From Chiloscyllium plagiosum (taxonomy: Eukaryota), in NCBI RefSeq assembly GCF_004010195.1, contig NC_057755.1, positions 7,244,252 through 7,291,980 on the forward strand: DNA of 47,729 nucleotides. Direction: 5' to 3'. The translations under genes and the position numbers were made by a program. Positions within the stretch are counted from its first letter, which is position 1. Every line of letters begins with the position of its first letter. Below, in pieces: positions 46,333 through 47,729 of the stretch. The notes beneath the pieces were generated by a model. It searched no databases and was not told where the DNA came from. It was given only the letters and a program-made list of their open reading frames with translations.

Positions 46333-46606
46333 GTATGGCGTTATGACAATTAAACTTGTTTTAATGTGCTGCTGATCTGCTCTGTGCTTTTACTCTTTGA
46401 ACAACAATGTGACAAGCTGTCTTACTGGTCAGCCTAATCCAGCCACCCAAACAGTGATAGCAATTTATGGAGCAGAATCCTCGGTACAGATCTCCACTGA
46501 CAGGGGCTCCCAATTTCACTGCTGCAGCAGCATTTTCTGTTCTCAGTGTTCTGCCATCTGTTGTGGGTTTGAAACATTTTGAACGTATGAAGAGAGATAA
46601 TACGAG

Positions 46607-46700
46607 TTAGTTCGGATGAAAAGCCACTGGACTTGAAACATTAATTCTGCATTCTTTCCTATAGATGCTGCCCGATCTGCTAAGTAATTTATGCTTTTGT
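46607..46700 (+). mobile_element. Degraded Penelope-like end (family C)
   Basis: GTTCGGATGAAAAGCCACTGGACTTGAAACATTAATTCTG...AGATGCTGCC. Confidence 0.5.
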
Positions 46701-46729
46701 TATACAAAGAAGGACGCTGTTACAGAATA

Positions 46730-47445
46730 ATAGTCATAGAATAATACATGGAAAGGGGTCCTTCAGTGCAAACGTGCCCATGCTGAACATGGTGCCCAAT
46801 CAGCTAGTTGAAATTGCCCATACTTGGTTCATATCCCTCTAAAACCTTCCTATGTTTGATAAATGTTGCGATTGTACCTGCTTCAACCACTTTCTCTCGT
46901 AGAGGATTCCGTATATGCAAAACTGTCTGCATGAAGAAGTTACCCCTCAGGTCCTTCCCAAGTCTTTTCCCTCTCACTTAAAAATTATGGACTCTAGATT
47001 TCAATTCCATATCCCTGGGCAAAAGGCTATATGCATTCAATCCATCTATCCCTCGCATGATTTTATACACCTCAAGAAGTTCGCTCCTCATTTTTCTGCG
47101 TACCAAGATATAAAGTCCTATTGTTGGCAACCTCTCCCTACAACTCAGGCCTACAAGTCCTGGCAACATGCTTGCGAATTTCTTTTGCACTCTTGCCAGT
47201 TTAATTATGCCTTTCCTGTAACAGGTTGACAAAACCTGTGTACAATGCTTCGTGTGTTGTCTCACCAAGAACTTACACAACAACAACAACGCAACCTCCC
47301 AAATCCTATGTTCAGTGTCTCGACAGATCAAAGCAAGCATTTTAAATCCGTTCTTCATCACTCTGCCAATCTGTGATGTCACATTCAATGGACTATGTAT
47401 TTGTAGTCCTAGATCCTTCTGTTCCACAATACTCCTCAGGACCTA
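46730..47445 (-). mobile_element. CR1 3' end fragment
   Basis: KDLGLQIH..RVQKKFASMLPGL..ELLEVYKIMRGID. Confidence 0.85.
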
Positions 47446-47729
47446 GAATCAGGGGATATAGAGTCAGTGTGGATAGAGCTGAGAAATTCTAAGGGTAAAA
47501 AGACCCTCTTGGGAGTTATCTACAGGCCCCCAAACAGTAGTCTGGACTTCGGATGCAAGTTGAATCAGGAGTTGAAATTGGCCTGTCGCAAAGATGTTAC
47601 TACAGTTGTTATGGGGGATTTCAACATGCAGGTAGACTTGGAGAATCAGGATGGTATTGGACTTCAAGAAAGAGACTTTGTGGAGTGCCTCTGAGATGGA
47701 TTCTTAGAACAGCTGGTGCTGGAGCCGAC
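47446..47729 (+). mobile_element. CR1 endonuclease fragment running off the window
   Basis: ESVWIELRN.KGKKTLLGVIYRPPNSS..VVMGDFN..GFLEQLVLEP. Confidence 0.88.

Overview
This is eukaryotic, repeat-dominated genomic DNA, not prokaryotic. The repeat complement (HE1-type V-SINEs, CR1/HER1-type LINEs, Gmr1-type Gypsy elements, Penelope-like elements) points to a cartilaginous fish, probably a shark; the taxon is an inference. The only intact host gene is a two-exon class A GPCR of the GPR139/GPR142-related type. Exon 1 is 17373-17442 (missed by the ORF track), exon 2 is 21875-22821, and the spliced product is 338 aa. It has a CCAAT/TATA promoter and a ~41-bp minisatellite about 0.6 kb upstream. 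The same architecture (related minisatellite, TATA-like box, phase-1 exon ending G|GTATG) recurs at 45.2-46.3 kb with a nonsense codon, which suggests a tandem receptor cluster with a pseudogenised neighbour. The rest is nested, decayed retroelements: about five Gypsy remnants (INT upstream of RT where the order can be read), many CR1 LINEs, and three SINE types. There are also numerous short Penelope-derived ends, from about four families, carrying minimal type I hammerhead-ribozyme cores, often as inverted repeats and in two cases with target-site duplications. One N-gap and two local duplications may be assembly artefacts. Nearly all short ORFs in the track are fragments or antisense shadows of these repeats. 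Repeat boundaries were read by eye and are approximate.
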